This document shows, piece after piece, positions 26,150 through 35,658 of a DNA stretch of 64,000 bases. Location: the IMG/VR virus record IMGVR_UViG_3300021376_000006. One strand, written 5' to 3'. The stretch's first letter is position 1. Each line of letters starts with the position of its first letter. The position numbers and the translations under genes are program-made. The stretch is from a virus. Its lineage: Duplodnaviria > Caudoviricetes. Under the pieces are notes generated by a model. It did not search any database. It was not told where the DNA came from and saw only the letters and a list, made by a program, of their open reading frames with translations.

Positions 26150-27349
26150 TTATCTCTTGAACTTGGCCGCTTCTTCTGACCCGCCTGTGGCATTGCCCTT
26201 GCTGTAGCTATGAGCACCCACACCTGCCAGTTGACCATTCTGCACCACCAGATATTCATTGCGTATTGGGCGACCTTCAAAATGGCATTCTAACACTTCA
26301 CGCACACCTGCGGCATAGCGTGTTTGTGCTGACAAACTGGTGCCAGAAATATGCGGTGTCATGCCATGCCAGGGCATTGAACGCCAGGGATGATCCTGTG
26401 GTGCGGGCTGCGGGAACCATACATCGCCAGCATAACCTGCTAGATGTCCACTTTCCAATGCACGGGCCACAGCATCACGATCGCATACCTTGCCACGTGC
26501 AGTGTTCACAATATAGCTGCCACGCTTCATCTTGGCAATCATGGCATCATTAAACAAGTGTTCTGTTTCTGGATGAAGTGGGCAGTTGATGGTCACAACA
26601 TCCACCACACGAACCATGCTTTCTACGCTGTCATGCCAGGTAAGGTTTAGTTCTTGTTCAACATGTGCAGGCAAACGATGACGATCAAAATAGTGTAGAT
26701 GCACATCAAATGGTTTGAGTAATCTCAATGCTCGTAATCCAATACGACCTGCTGCCACTGTGCCTACATGCATGCCTTCGATATCATAACTGCGACTTAC
26801 ACAGTCAGCAATGTTCCAGCCACCATCTACAACCTGTTTGTAACTGGGAATGTAATTGCGTACCAGACTCAACATCTGCATCACAATGTGTTCTGCCACA
26901 CTATTACTATTACAGTATGTGATTTCTGCTACAGTAATGCCACGATCCATGGCTGCTTGTAAGTCCACATGATCTGAACCAATGCCTGCTGTGAGTGCCA
27001 GTTTAAGTTTTGGTGCTCGGGCAATTCTTTCTGCTGTAAGATAAGCTGGCCAGAACGGCTGACTGATAATCACTTCAGCATCATGTAGATTGTTCTCCAA
27101 TCTACTGTTGGGTCCATCTTTGTCTGAAGTCACAACAAATTCATGACCTAAATTTTCTAAAAATTTTCTTAGACCTAAACCACCTGTAACACTGCCCAGT
27201 AGTTCACCTGGAGAGAAATCCACAGCATGTGGACTTGGAACGGTCTGTCCATCTGGGTAGTGCGTGATTGTGGGAATGCTGTCTCTTGCGTAACTTGTTG
27301 GATGACCATTTACCGGATCATCATATAAAACACATAGAACTTTAGCCAT
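26150..27349 (-). CDS. fdh: NAD-dependent formate dehydrogenase (metal-independent)
   Basis: MAKVLCVLYDDP, GIGSDHVDL, NSVAEH, AAGRIG, YFDRH, NTARG, GDVWFPQP, TPHISG. Confidence 0.96.
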   Translation of the reverse strand: MAKVLCVLYDDPVNGHPTSYARDSIPTITHYPDGQTVPSPHAVDFSPGELLGSVTGGLGLRKFLENLGHEFVVTSDKDGPNSRLENNLHDAEVIISQPFWPAYLTAERIARAPKLKLALTAGIGSDHVDLQAAMDRGITVAEITYCNSNSVAEHIVMQMLSLVRNYIPSYKQVVDGGWNIADCVSRSYDIEGMHVGTVAAGRIGLRALRLLKPFDVHLHYFDRHRLPAHVEQELNLTWHDSVESMVRVVDVVTINCPLHPETEHLFNDAMIAKMKRGSYIVNTARGKVCDRDAVARALESGHLAGYAGDVWFPQPAPQDHPWRSMPWHGMTPHISGTSLSAQTRYAAGVREVLECHFEGRPIRNEYLVVQNGQLAGVGAHSYSKGNATGGSEEAAKFKR

Positions 27350-27361
27350 TGAGCCTCCTTG

Positions 27362-27390
27362 AATAGATTTATTATACTATTTAATCTATT
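27362..27390. promoter_or_regulatory. 8-bp inverted repeat upstream of fdh, overlapping a TTAAATA box
   Basis: AATAGATT-N13-AATCTATT. Confidence 0.4.
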
Positions 27391-27397
27391 ATATGAT

Positions 27398-28078
27398 CTA
27401 CAAATTTCTTTCCCAGATCACAAAAGGATCATTGACCACAATAGTGCCGTCGGGTCTGGCCATGTAATTGCCACTATGTAGATCCACTGAAAAATTGTGT
27501 TTGCGAGCAAATCTTGAAACTTCGTATACTGTCTTTAGTAGGCCATCTGCTCGTTCGGGCCCACCCAATAGGTCAATGACTTCTTGTACATCTTCAAAAT
27601 ACTTGGGATTGTAACCTGGTGAGTAATAATCTTCGGCACTGGCAAACTCAGCATAACTTTTTATTTTGTTATACGCTGCTTGTAAATTGCCTCGGCCTAT
27701 CTGTTTGGTCACTTGATCAATCTGTGCTACTAAATCTCTAACAGTGTTGGGTAATTCTTCTAGTGTTTCCATTCTGGCCTGAATATATCTTTTACCTTGA
27801 AATTCAAAACTTTCAAATCCTGAGAATCTGGGCAAGTGCGGATTGTTGCGATGCTTGTTGCAATAGTTAATCCAATCGACAAACATTCGTTGATCGGGAC
27901 TGAAATCTTGTACACCTTTACGATAACCAAACACAATATACACTTGACCGTTGGGTTCTAAATATGCATGTTTGTCTATACCACCGCCTAAATAAGTATA
28001 ACCTTTATCTGCTAATACATTTGAGATGCCTCTATGTATTGATCCGGCCATTTCTGTGGTGAAGTCCGCTGCTCTCAT
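27398..28078 (-). CDS. protein kinase-like domain protein with MRAADFTTE N-terminus
   Basis: LGGG glycine loop, DLHSGNYM catalytic loop, NDP metal site. Confidence 0.75.
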   Translation of the reverse strand: MRAADFTTEMAGSIHRGISNVLADKGYTYLGGGIDKHAYLEPNGQVYIVFGYRKGVQDFSPDQRMFVDWINYCNKHRNNPHLPRFSGFESFEFQGKRYIQARMETLEELPNTVRDLVAQIDQVTKQIGRGNLQAAYNKIKSYAEFASAEDYYSPGYNPKYFEDVQEVIDLLGGPERADGLLKTVYEVSRFARKHNFSVDLHSGNYMARPDGTIVVNDPFVIWERNL

Positions 28079-30597
28079 CTTGCCGGCACCACCATAAATT
28101 CTCCACTGCCTAATAGGCCGTTCTGTCTCAACCAATTGGCTGCATACTGATTGGCTTCGCCTTGATTGCTACGACCAACGAAACTGTAAACTTCACGGTC
28201 GTTACGATCTAATACCAACCAGCGTGTATTACCTGGTGGTAGGCTTTCTGTGCCTTGTACCTGTTGTCTTGCCTGCATTCTTGGTCTGACATAGATAGGA
28301 TCATCAAATCCAGTTTGCTGTTGCCATCTGGCTGCATGTCTTTCAGCATCTGCTACCGCATTACCAATACCACTAACCACACCGACAACCTCGCCGGTGT
28401 TTCTACTGACGAATTCCCAAACTCCGGTAAACTCTTGATCACGGCTGGGTGTGGATCCTATATCCACAGTCTCTGGTGGATCTGGCAGTCTTGACCTTGC
28501 TACAGGTTCGGCTTCAATTCTATAAACCGTATATCCGGCCCGTTGTAAATTAGTTCTCATTACATCCACGGCAGCATCTGCATTACGGGCTGGAACAGTA
28601 ACAGCGTCATTTCTAACTTCGCCGTCGTAGGTCGCTGTGTAAGACACTCTAAAATTCTGTACTTGCGTCTGACCAGGTGGTTCTCTCCCTACAGGTTCAG
28701 GTTCGCCTAGTCTTGCTCTCACCGTAGAGGGCATTGTTTCTCTGCCGGTGTAGTCAGGATCAAGAGCCACGTTGATATCTTCGCTGGCCGCGTTGGCAAA
28801 TATGTCAGGGTGTCTTCGCATGGCCACTTGTTTGGCTTGAAACTCACTCATGGCTTTTACATATACATATACACCTTGCGAATTTCCTTCAACATACACA
28901 CGATAAAACTTATCACTTAACTCGTTCATATCTGCCGTAGTAGCAGCTCGTAAGGGCTGTGCCCGCCAACCATGTTCTTGTGCCCATTCTTCTATGCTAT
29001 AACTACCAATGCTCAATTGCCATTTTTTAATGGCTTCTACAAATGCATCCAACTGAGTCTTGCCTATCACTTCCGTGCCTTGACTTTGATATGGACTCGA
29101 AGCACTGCCGGTAACTTTCCAGACCAATAATATATCTTTGGCACCTTTGGTAAGTTTTTCAACACCACGCTTGCCCTGTATCTGTCTAACAAATGCTTTT
29201 AATGCGCTTTGTGGCAATTCGCCTGCTGCATATTTTGCAAAGTATTGAATAGTATCGTTGTCTTGGCCTTGTGATAGTGTTTTGTATAACTTTTTGTAGT
29301 ATTCTTGTTTGAATTCCTCGGGCTTGGTGGCCACATCTAAGGCCACTACTGCACGCAACATAGTGTTCTTTACATCGTCAAGATTGTCTCGTCCCAACCA
29401 GTCGCCGCCGGGACTACGGAATTCAACCCAATCACCTCTGTTGTTGATACTCGAATATTTTTGTGTTTCGCCGGTGTGCAAGATCTTGCTGGCAATATCA
29501 CTTAGTCCATTTTGAAACTGACGCATCATTTCAGACACACGCTCAGGCTCATTACGGCCTTTTTGTATGATATTTTTCAATATGCTTTTGCAGTAGGTGT
29601 TGCCTTCACGGCCAAATTGTTCTAGAATGTAGTTGTCTCCTAAGAACATGGCCAATTTAACAAAGTCTAATTTGTCTTGGTTAGGCACACTCACATTCAT
29701 ATGCAGTCCGGTACTGCTGTTGGTATATGCACCTGTGCGTTCGGCCCATTGAGCCACAGAATCAATGTCATCTAACATTTCTGATATAGTTAATGGAGGG
29801 CTAACAAATTCTAATCCGCCATCACCGGGTTCGTCGCCGTGTAGGCTTGAATCAGGTTCCACTACATAATGTCCTGGTCGTCTAGTGGCACCGTGATAAC
29901 TAGAGCTGGCATTCACAGGACGACCAATGGCATTGCTAAAATCGCCGGCAACATCGTCGATACTGACACTGCCCCTTCTACCACCGTAATCTGGTTCAGT
30001 CCAGTATGGCCATTCTAAATTATATTCATTGCCAAAGTCAGACATTGAATTGATACCTTGCCGATCTAACCATTCTTCAAACTTTGAGTCAAGGTCTTCG
30101 TTGTATTCGTCAATTATTTGATCGCGTATGCTATCTTGGTTTTCATCAAGATAATCTTCCAAAGCTTTTCTTAGTTCCTCAGGAGAATCGTAATCATCTT
30201 GATTGATATTATCAAGAGCTATTTCTCGTGCTCTTGCTACTCCGTCGGCCGAGTTTATAAAATTACCTTGATCTTCGTCGACCCAGGTGTAAAAATCATC
30301 ATTCAAGTTATCAATGGCTCTTTGTATTTCTCTTGTGCTGCTGCCCATTTCGCCGCCACGGAAGAAATCCATGATATCTCTTGTCCAACCTTGCCCGGTA
30401 GGAAACCTTTCGTCGGCATCGTAGTCAGGTTCTGATTCAAATTCATCTTCGTCATCTGTATCTGCGTTGGGTACAATCAATTCAAATTCCATGCCCACTC
30501 TGGCATCAATATTCTTGGACATCTTGGCCAGATTGCCTGGGCTCATATTGAGCTCAAACAATTCATCTTCGGTCAGTTCAAATTCTCTGGCTCTCAT
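28075..30597 (-). CDS. putative amidoligase (COOH-NH2 ligase type 2) with C-terminal extensions
   Basis: GMEFE, EPDSS, GLEFVSP, TGLHMNVS, KYSSIN, VEFRSPG; MRAREFELTE N-terminus. Confidence 0.8.
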   Translation of the reverse strand: MRAREFELTEDELFELNMSPGNLAKMSKNIDARVGMEFELIVPNADTDDEDEFESEPDYDADERFPTGQGWTRDIMDFFRGGEMGSSTREIQRAIDNLNDDFYTWVDEDQGNFINSADGVARAREIALDNINQDDYDSPEELRKALEDYLDENQDSIRDQIIDEYNEDLDSKFEEWLDRQGINSMSDFGNEYNLEWPYWTEPDYGGRRGSVSIDDVAGDFSNAIGRPVNASSSYHGATRRPGHYVVEPDSSLHGDEPGDGGLEFVSPPLTISEMLDDIDSVAQWAERTGAYTNSSTGLHMNVSVPNQDKLDFVKLAMFLGDNYILEQFGREGNTYCKSILKNIIQKGRNEPERVSEMMRQFQNGLSDIASKILHTGETQKYSSINNRGDWVEFRSPGGDWLGRDNLDDVKNTMLRAVVALDVATKPEEFKQEYYKKLYKTLSQGQDNDTIQYFAKYAAGELPQSALKAFVRQIQGKRGVEKLTKGAKDILLVWKVTGSASSPYQSQGTEVIGKTQLDAFVEAIKKWQLSIGSYSIEEWAQEHGWRAQPLRAATTADMNELSDKFYRVYVEGNSQGVYVYVKAMSEFQAKQVAMRRHPDIFANAASEDINVALDPDYTGRETMPSTVRARLGEPEPVGREPPGQTQVQNFRVSYTATYDGEVRNDAVTVPARNADAAVDVMRTNLQRAGYTVYRIEAEPVARSRLPDPPETVDIGSTPSRDQEFTGVWEFVSRNTGEVVGVVSGIGNAVADAERHAARWQQQTGFDDPIYVRPRMQARQQVQGTESLPPGNTRWLVLDRNDREVYSFVGRSNQGEANQYAANWLRQNGLLGSGEFMVVPAR

Positions 30598-31838
30598 TCA
30601 ATGATCTCCGGATTGTCTTTGCCATACAATTTCATAAGGTAGCCGGCCACTGCATCTGCTTCCTGTTCAATGGGAGATCCTGGATATGCTTGATCACCGT
30701 GTACTCTATTGTCTTCGTGTTGTTTTCTATGCACCAATTCATGTGCCACAGTACGCATGATATCAATCAAATTCCTATTACCAGTGTATACCCACATGAT
30801 GTCATCATTGTCGTCGTAGTATCCGGTTCTGTGTTGATCTGGACCTTCTTTGGCATCTTGGAATCTAATTCGTGGTAATTCTTGTTCAATGTTCAATTTA
30901 CGCACACACCATTGGATAAAATCACGCAGTTGATCTTCGTGTTCTTGATAGGTGCTTTCATTTAATGACAATAAATTATAATCCTGTTCAATTTTAGTCA
31001 AGCAAAATATTGCATCATCCACAGTGGCACCTACTCTATACATAAAATCTGGACCTGTATCAAAATAGGGACGACCATCTTCAATGCTGCCTTGTTTGAC
31101 TAGAACATCGCTATTAGTAATTGGAACGAACATAATCGCATCTAGTGTATTTTCATCTCTTTTTCTGGTGCATCCAAAACCGCCTTTTAGATTTGGAAGT
31201 GGTTTAGTCTTGAATCCTAACTTTGCTAGTTCAGTGGTTATGATTTTCCGAAACTTAAAAAAATCACCTGATGGTGTTGATTCTGACCCATCGTCATCAC
31301 CAGCCGGGCCTACAAATTCTTTTAAAGATTTATCGCCATCACCAGTTACTGATTTTTTTTGTATCAAGTGACTGCGGTGTAGATCATTGTTGGCTCCTAA
31401 TTTTTGAGCAATGTGTTGCCAGGCTCCGCCGCTGGCATCATCTTGTACAGTCAATGTTCTTACCGTGGGTTGATCTCTAAATTGATCTTCGAGCCTTTTA
31501 TAAATTTCATCGAGCATCTTGGTTACGATGCCAGAAAATTTGCCTGCATGAGCATCCAATACATTGATTACTAGTTCGGGTAAATCATATCCAACACTGA
31601 CTTGTAAGTAGAAGTGACCCTTGGGATCTGCTAGGCCATCATAATATTCTTGATTCTTGACATACTGACGCTTGGTGCTGGCAAACACAGGATTGTATCC
31701 ATAACTGTCGCCGGTGTACAATCTTGCCTTTGGATAGGCCGAGGACCATACATTCTCAATTATCCGTTTAACTATACCTGTGCTGTATTCTCCAGCAGTT
31801 TGTTCGGTATTTTCAGTTATAAAATCTCTAGCTCGCAT
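30594..31838 (-). CDS. multidomain protein with C-terminal HExxH metallopeptidase-like domain
   Basis: TVAHELVH and E.EAD; MRARDFITE N-terminus. Confidence 0.75.
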   Translation of the reverse strand: MRARDFITENTEQTAGEYSTGIVKRIIENVWSSAYPKARLYTGDSYGYNPVFASTKRQYVKNQEYYDGLADPKGHFYLQVSVGYDLPELVINVLDAHAGKFSGIVTKMLDEIYKRLEDQFRDQPTVRTLTVQDDASGGAWQHIAQKLGANNDLHRSHLIQKKSVTGDGDKSLKEFVGPAGDDDGSESTPSGDFFKFRKIITTELAKLGFKTKPLPNLKGGFGCTRKRDENTLDAIMFVPITNSDVLVKQGSIEDGRPYFDTGPDFMYRVGATVDDAIFCLTKIEQDYNLLSLNESTYQEHEDQLRDFIQWCVRKLNIEQELPRIRFQDAKEGPDQHRTGYYDDNDDIMWVYTGNRNLIDIMRTVAHELVHRKQHEDNRVHGDQAYPGSPIEQEADAVAGYLMKLYGKDNPEIIE

Positions 31839-32481
31839 CTTTGTTGTCCTGTGGTCCGGCAATCATTCGACCACGGTCCCGGCTCTGTATGTTTTGTGGC
31901 GTATGCTCACGCCGACCTTTGACAATTTCAAAAGCTCTACGCAATCCCTTCGCAACCACGTCTAAGCTATCTTCATCGGCTTGATACTTGATACCAATTC
32001 CGCCCGACTGTTCCCATTCTGTTAGCACACTATTACGATCATCAACCAGGATATTGGGTGTACCATCTGCTTGTTTTGCATACTTGCCCTTGCGTCCAGT
32101 GATGCGGATCACTCTAGGCTGCGGATCCAAGTTTTCTGCGATCCAGGCTCGCTTCATGGCTTCTGAGTTTTGATTGTCGCCGCGTAGTGGGCTGGAGCAG
32201 ATGTTGTAGTAGCCAAACACTTGAACTACCATAGCTACCAATCTATCTGCACTAGGGAATTTGGGCAGTCTTTGAAAGAAATCAGTGCCGCGCATCTGTG
32301 CAATTACAGGTTCTCGCAGTTCTGGGGGAATGTTTCTGTAGTCTGCTCGCCCGCTTTTGACATCAGCGGGAACGCCAGCAAGTTTGGCATATTCTGAAAA
32401 AAAGTCTGCTAGCACGCCGTCCATGTCCAGGAATATTTCTGGCCGGCCGTGAGGTTGTTGTTCTAGTTCATAAAGTCGCAT
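31828..32481 (-). CDS. 5'(3')-deoxyribonucleotidase (HAD/NT5C family)
   Basis: FLDMDGVLADF, CSSP, ILVDD; CATAAATA upstream. Confidence 0.85.
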   Translation of the reverse strand: MRLYELEQQPHGRPEIFLDMDGVLADFFSEYAKLAGVPADVKSGRADYRNIPPELREPVIAQMRGTDFFQRLPKFPSADRLVAMVVQVFGYYNICSSPLRGDNQNSEAMKRAWIAENLDPQPRVIRITGRKGKYAKQADGTPNILVDDRNSVLTEWEQSGGIGIKYQADEDSLDVVAKGLRRAFEIVKGRREHTPQNIQSRDRGRMIAGPQDNKDAS

Positions 32482-32488
32482 TTTGTAT

Positions 32489-33586
32489 TTATGGATTAAT
32501 TGATTTTGCTAATTCTGGAAAAATCTGGGAGAAACTTTGATTTCTTAGACTATCAAGTTCTTGGACCCAGTCTGTAAAATTTTCTATAGGTTGATCTGCT
32601 GGTTGATTCATAAAATTTATCACGGGCTCAAATTGTTTTGGAGCTAGCAGCTTTTCTACAGTTTTTTTAGTCAAATTTGGCAAGTTTTTGATATTATATT
32701 GCGACGGACTTTCCACCATGCCCAAATAAGGCCTGGGCAATTTTTCTTTATAACACCATAATAAGAAATCGTTTAGGTATAACACATTAAAAATGCTAAC
32801 AGTGTGACTAATACTCAACTTGAAATTGTCTGCTTGTTTTGATTGATATTTTTTGATATTATCATAAACTTCTGCCCATACCGCTGGAAATCTAATGTAT
32901 TCGTATTTTTTGCCAAATTGATCAATGCTGAGGGAAATTTCAATGTGTTCAAAATGTTTCCATTTATCCCATAATTTATTTTCAGGAAAAGTTGTACAGT
33001 TGGTTATATAAGTCAACGAAATTTTATTGCTTCTTCCGGTTTCGATCAAATAGTCCAAATAAAATAAATGTTCATCAATTCCAGTTATAAATGGTTCGCC
33101 ACCTGGAAAAGTAATATGACTAACATCTGTTGTTATTTTTTTAATGTGTTCAAGGAAATCGTGATCTTTATAAAACTTTTTATGATCATGCAATTTGATC
33201 AAGGGAAATTTTTTTACAAGTTTTTTTTCGTCAGCTAACCATTTACTAGAAGAGTAACTGCTGCATGTCCTACAAGCTAAGTTACACGTATTACCAAAAG
33301 GAAGACTTAGTACTTTGATTGTGTTTGGAGCAGAATCCTTAAAAATATACTGATTGTCTAAAATTCTTTTAGAAGGCAATCCGGCAGACTCATCGTCCCA
33401 ACACCTTTTGCACCCTTCGGGGTTTTTGTTGTGCAAGATATCATCTTTTAATTTTTTTAAATGCTCACTGTTAGCATATTCTTTTAAATTCTTACCTACC
33501 GTAACAGCATATTTGCAACACGGTTTGATATCACCTTGGGGAGAAATATCAAGTCCAGCCCAGGGATGAGCACAAAAATTATTCAT
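32489..33586 (-). CDS. radical SAM protein with N-terminal Cys-rich (SPASM/twitch-like) domain
   Basis: KPCC, CKRC, CNLACRTC, GGEPF. Confidence 0.85.
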   Translation of the reverse strand: MNNFCAHPWAGLDISPQGDIKPCCKYAVTVGKNLKEYANSEHLKKLKDDILHNKNPEGCKRCWDDESAGLPSKRILDNQYIFKDSAPNTIKVLSLPFGNTCNLACRTCSSYSSSKWLADEKKLVKKFPLIKLHDHKKFYKDHDFLEHIKKITTDVSHITFPGGEPFITGIDEHLFYLDYLIETGRSNKISLTYITNCTTFPENKLWDKWKHFEHIEISLSIDQFGKKYEYIRFPAVWAEVYDNIKKYQSKQADNFKLSISHTVSIFNVLYLNDFLLWCYKEKLPRPYLGMVESPSQYNIKNLPNLTKKTVEKLLAPKQFEPVINFMNQPADQPIENFTDWVQELDSLRNQSFSQIFPELAKSINP

Positions 33587-33607
33587 TTAGTTTCTTAAAA
33601 AGTCAGC

Positions 33608-33647
33608 AAAAAGCCCTACTGCAAATATTTAACATCTGCAGTAGGGC
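33608..33647 (-). terminator. terminator hairpin with TTAAATA in its loop
   Basis: GCCCTACTGCA / TGCAGTAGGGC 11-bp stem then TTTTT. Confidence 0.65.
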
Positions 33648-33667
33648 CGGCAATGATTAGTGTATGT

Positions 33668-34225
33668 CTATTGTTTATTTAGATCTTCAAAAGCTCGGTC
33701 CGAGCGTTCAACTGCATTTTTGTTAGCACGTAGCTGGTCGTTGCGTCGTTGGATAGCATTGGCTTCTCCTGTGGGCAATGCCACTAGCACATAGCTGCGG
33801 AATCTACCGTTTTCTGCGATTCTCACAGTCTCTACAACTTCGGCACCACTGACATCAACTCGGCGACACATGCTACGTATCGCTACCTCTGAATTTTCAG
33901 CACCGGCCAATTCAGTATCATTCATATAAATCTTGCTGGATTTGTCAACTTCGCCGCCGGCTGCCATACAAATTGAACTGAATGCAATGTTTTTGGCCTT
34001 CATATCAGCCATAGCAAAATCTCTGCTGACTGCTGAACCATTTGCATATATGGCATTTTGACTTTCAGGCAATTTGCTCATCCATTTTGGTGCCTGGTCA
34101 ATAGAACGTGCAACCGCTCGTTCCTGACGCTCACGCTCAAGATCAGCACGTTTGTCATACACATTGGTTGTACCGCAGGCAGAAACAAATACTACGGTAC
34201 CAATAGCAATTATACTTTTTTTCAT
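33668..34225 (-). CDS. LPP20-like lipoprotein
   Basis: lipobox VSAC; PKWM, YANGSAVSRDFAMA. Confidence 0.7.
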   Translation of the reverse strand: MKKSIIAIGTVVFVSACGTTNVYDKRADLERERQERAVARSIDQAPKWMSKLPESQNAIYANGSAVSRDFAMADMKAKNIAFSSICMAAGGEVDKSSKIYMNDTELAGAENSEVAIRSMCRRVDVSGAEVVETVRIAENGRFRSYVLVALPTGEANAIQRRNDQLRANKNAVERSDRAFEDLNKQ

Positions 34226-34233
34226 GTTACACC

Positions 34234-34356
34234 TCATTTAGATTGAATCCATTCACCGGCACGACTTAGGTCCCGGCCTGCACCGGAAATCGTGCCACCA
34301 ATTGTGCCACAAGCTGACATGCTCAAGACGCATACAAAACAAACAAAAGTTTTCAT
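34234..34356 (-). CDS. entericidin-like small lipoprotein (40 aa, not in ORF track)
   Basis: MKTFVCFVCVLSMSAC-GTIGGTISGAGRDLSRAGEWIQSK. Confidence 0.65.
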   Translation of the reverse strand: MKTFVCFVCVLSMSACGTIGGTISGAGRDLSRAGEWIQSK

Positions 34357-34377
34357 AATAGTATTATATAATCTAAG

Positions 34378-34923
34378 TTAAAATTTGTCAACCACTGTCC
34401 ATTCGTTTCTGATCACACACCCAACTATTTCCCATTGTTTGAGTGCATTGGTTTTTGGATCAATATCAGATTCTAAAAAATATCTACACACAGTACCTTT
34501 GTGTTCAAACGGGCCAGGTGCGTTTGGATGTGGCTTGAGTTCGCTCAGTTTAAATGTGTCGTTTTTGACTAATCCTTTCCGCAATTGTGGAATTTGAAAA
34601 TCGTTACAATACAAGGTCTGACTTGATTGTATAGCAGCACCTTGTATGCGTTCTAGGATTTTGATCCTGCCAACCTGAATGGCCTGACTGCATATTTGAT
34701 CCGTACTGTCAGTTAGTAGCCCGCGACTTTCGCCTCTCGCATCATGCCATTTGTTGCCAATTCGGGCACGAAACAATATAGAACATGTCTGCGTGTCACC
34801 AATGGTTTTGACAAATTTTTGAAAATCAGCAATTTCGCGAATTTCAGCAGTTGATTGATTAGCTGTCACTGACTCTTGGTAACATTCAGCCAATACCAGT
34901 CCAGGAAAAGCCAAAACAATCAT
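34378..34923 (-). CDS. exported Cys-containing protein
   Basis: signal-like N-terminus (start approximate). Confidence 0.55.
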   Translation of the reverse strand: MIVLAFPGLVLAECYQESVTANQSTAEIREIADFQKFVKTIGDTQTCSILFRARIGNKWHDARGESRGLLTDSTDQICSQAIQVGRIKILERIQGAAIQSSQTLYCNDFQIPQLRKGLVKNDTFKLSELKPHPNAPGPFEHKGTVCRYFLESDIDPKTNALKQWEIVGCVIRNEWTVVDKF

Positions 34924-34931
34924 TAGCGTTT

Positions 34932-35294
34932 TTAACGCTCTTCTGATTCTTGTTTGATTTGTTGTTCTCTGTCCCATATTGCACAATTTTGTATCAATTG
35001 ATTTTGTGAAAATCTTATTAAGGCCTCGTGTTTGCCTGCCATACCTTCGCCACTGTCCTGGTCAGTGCCATGATAGGCATTGGCTACCATGCCAGCAATA
35101 CTAGTCATTTGAAATGCCAACTTCAATCTGTCTAAATGACTGTATTTCTGACTTTCCAAAAATTGATATTGTTGTTGTCTATTTTTACAATCAATTTTAT
35201 AGTGATTGAGTTCTTGATAGCTCATTCTTTCGGGGGTAGCACAAGCCACTTGAAAAAGACAGGCAGCAATCACTAGAGTTTTTTTCATTTGCAT
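34932..35294 (-). CDS. lipoprotein
   Basis: MKKTLVIAACLFQVAC lipobox. Confidence 0.65.
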   Translation of the reverse strand: MQMKKTLVIAACLFQVACATPERMSYQELNHYKIDCKNRQQQYQFLESQKYSHLDRLKLAFQMTSIAGMVANAYHGTDQDSGEGMAGKHEALIRFSQNQLIQNCAIWDREQQIKQESEER

Positions 35295-35497
35295 TCCTTT
35301 TGTAACTGCCAGTACATTCTTCGTAAACTTTTACGAGCTTCGTAATCATCGTCGCTTAGCCGAGTCTCGGCACGAGCAATGAAAGCTTCTTGGCGCTGTT
35401 TATTGTAACAATCAGCAAACCATGTAGTGGTATCTGGCACGTGTCTGGTGGCACAGGATGTTAAAAACATCAAACCAAACAGGCAAAAATATTTCAT
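35285..35497 (-). CDS. small lipoprotein
   Basis: LTSC lipobox. Confidence 0.65.
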   Translation of the reverse strand: MKYFCLFGLMFLTSCATRHVPDTTTWFADCYNKQRQEAFIARAETRLSDDDYEARKSLRRMYWQLQKECK

Positions 35498-35658
35498 CGT
35501 TGTTTGCGTGGAGTTACTGCAGATTTAAACACCATTATTGCAGTGGTCTCATCACAACCAGCGTTTCGTTGAATATATTTGACTGCATCCCGAGTGTTAA
35601 GTTGTAGAACGTAAACAGCTTCGTCGGCAAATCGTTGTGCTTGAGTCATTGTTTCTCC

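Noticed and set aside
18357-27349. Host chromosomal contamination or prophage boundary
   Set aside because: Cassette genes overlap phage-type ORFs and are interleaved with a mini-protein family found elsewhere in the window; read-level confirmation is still advisable.
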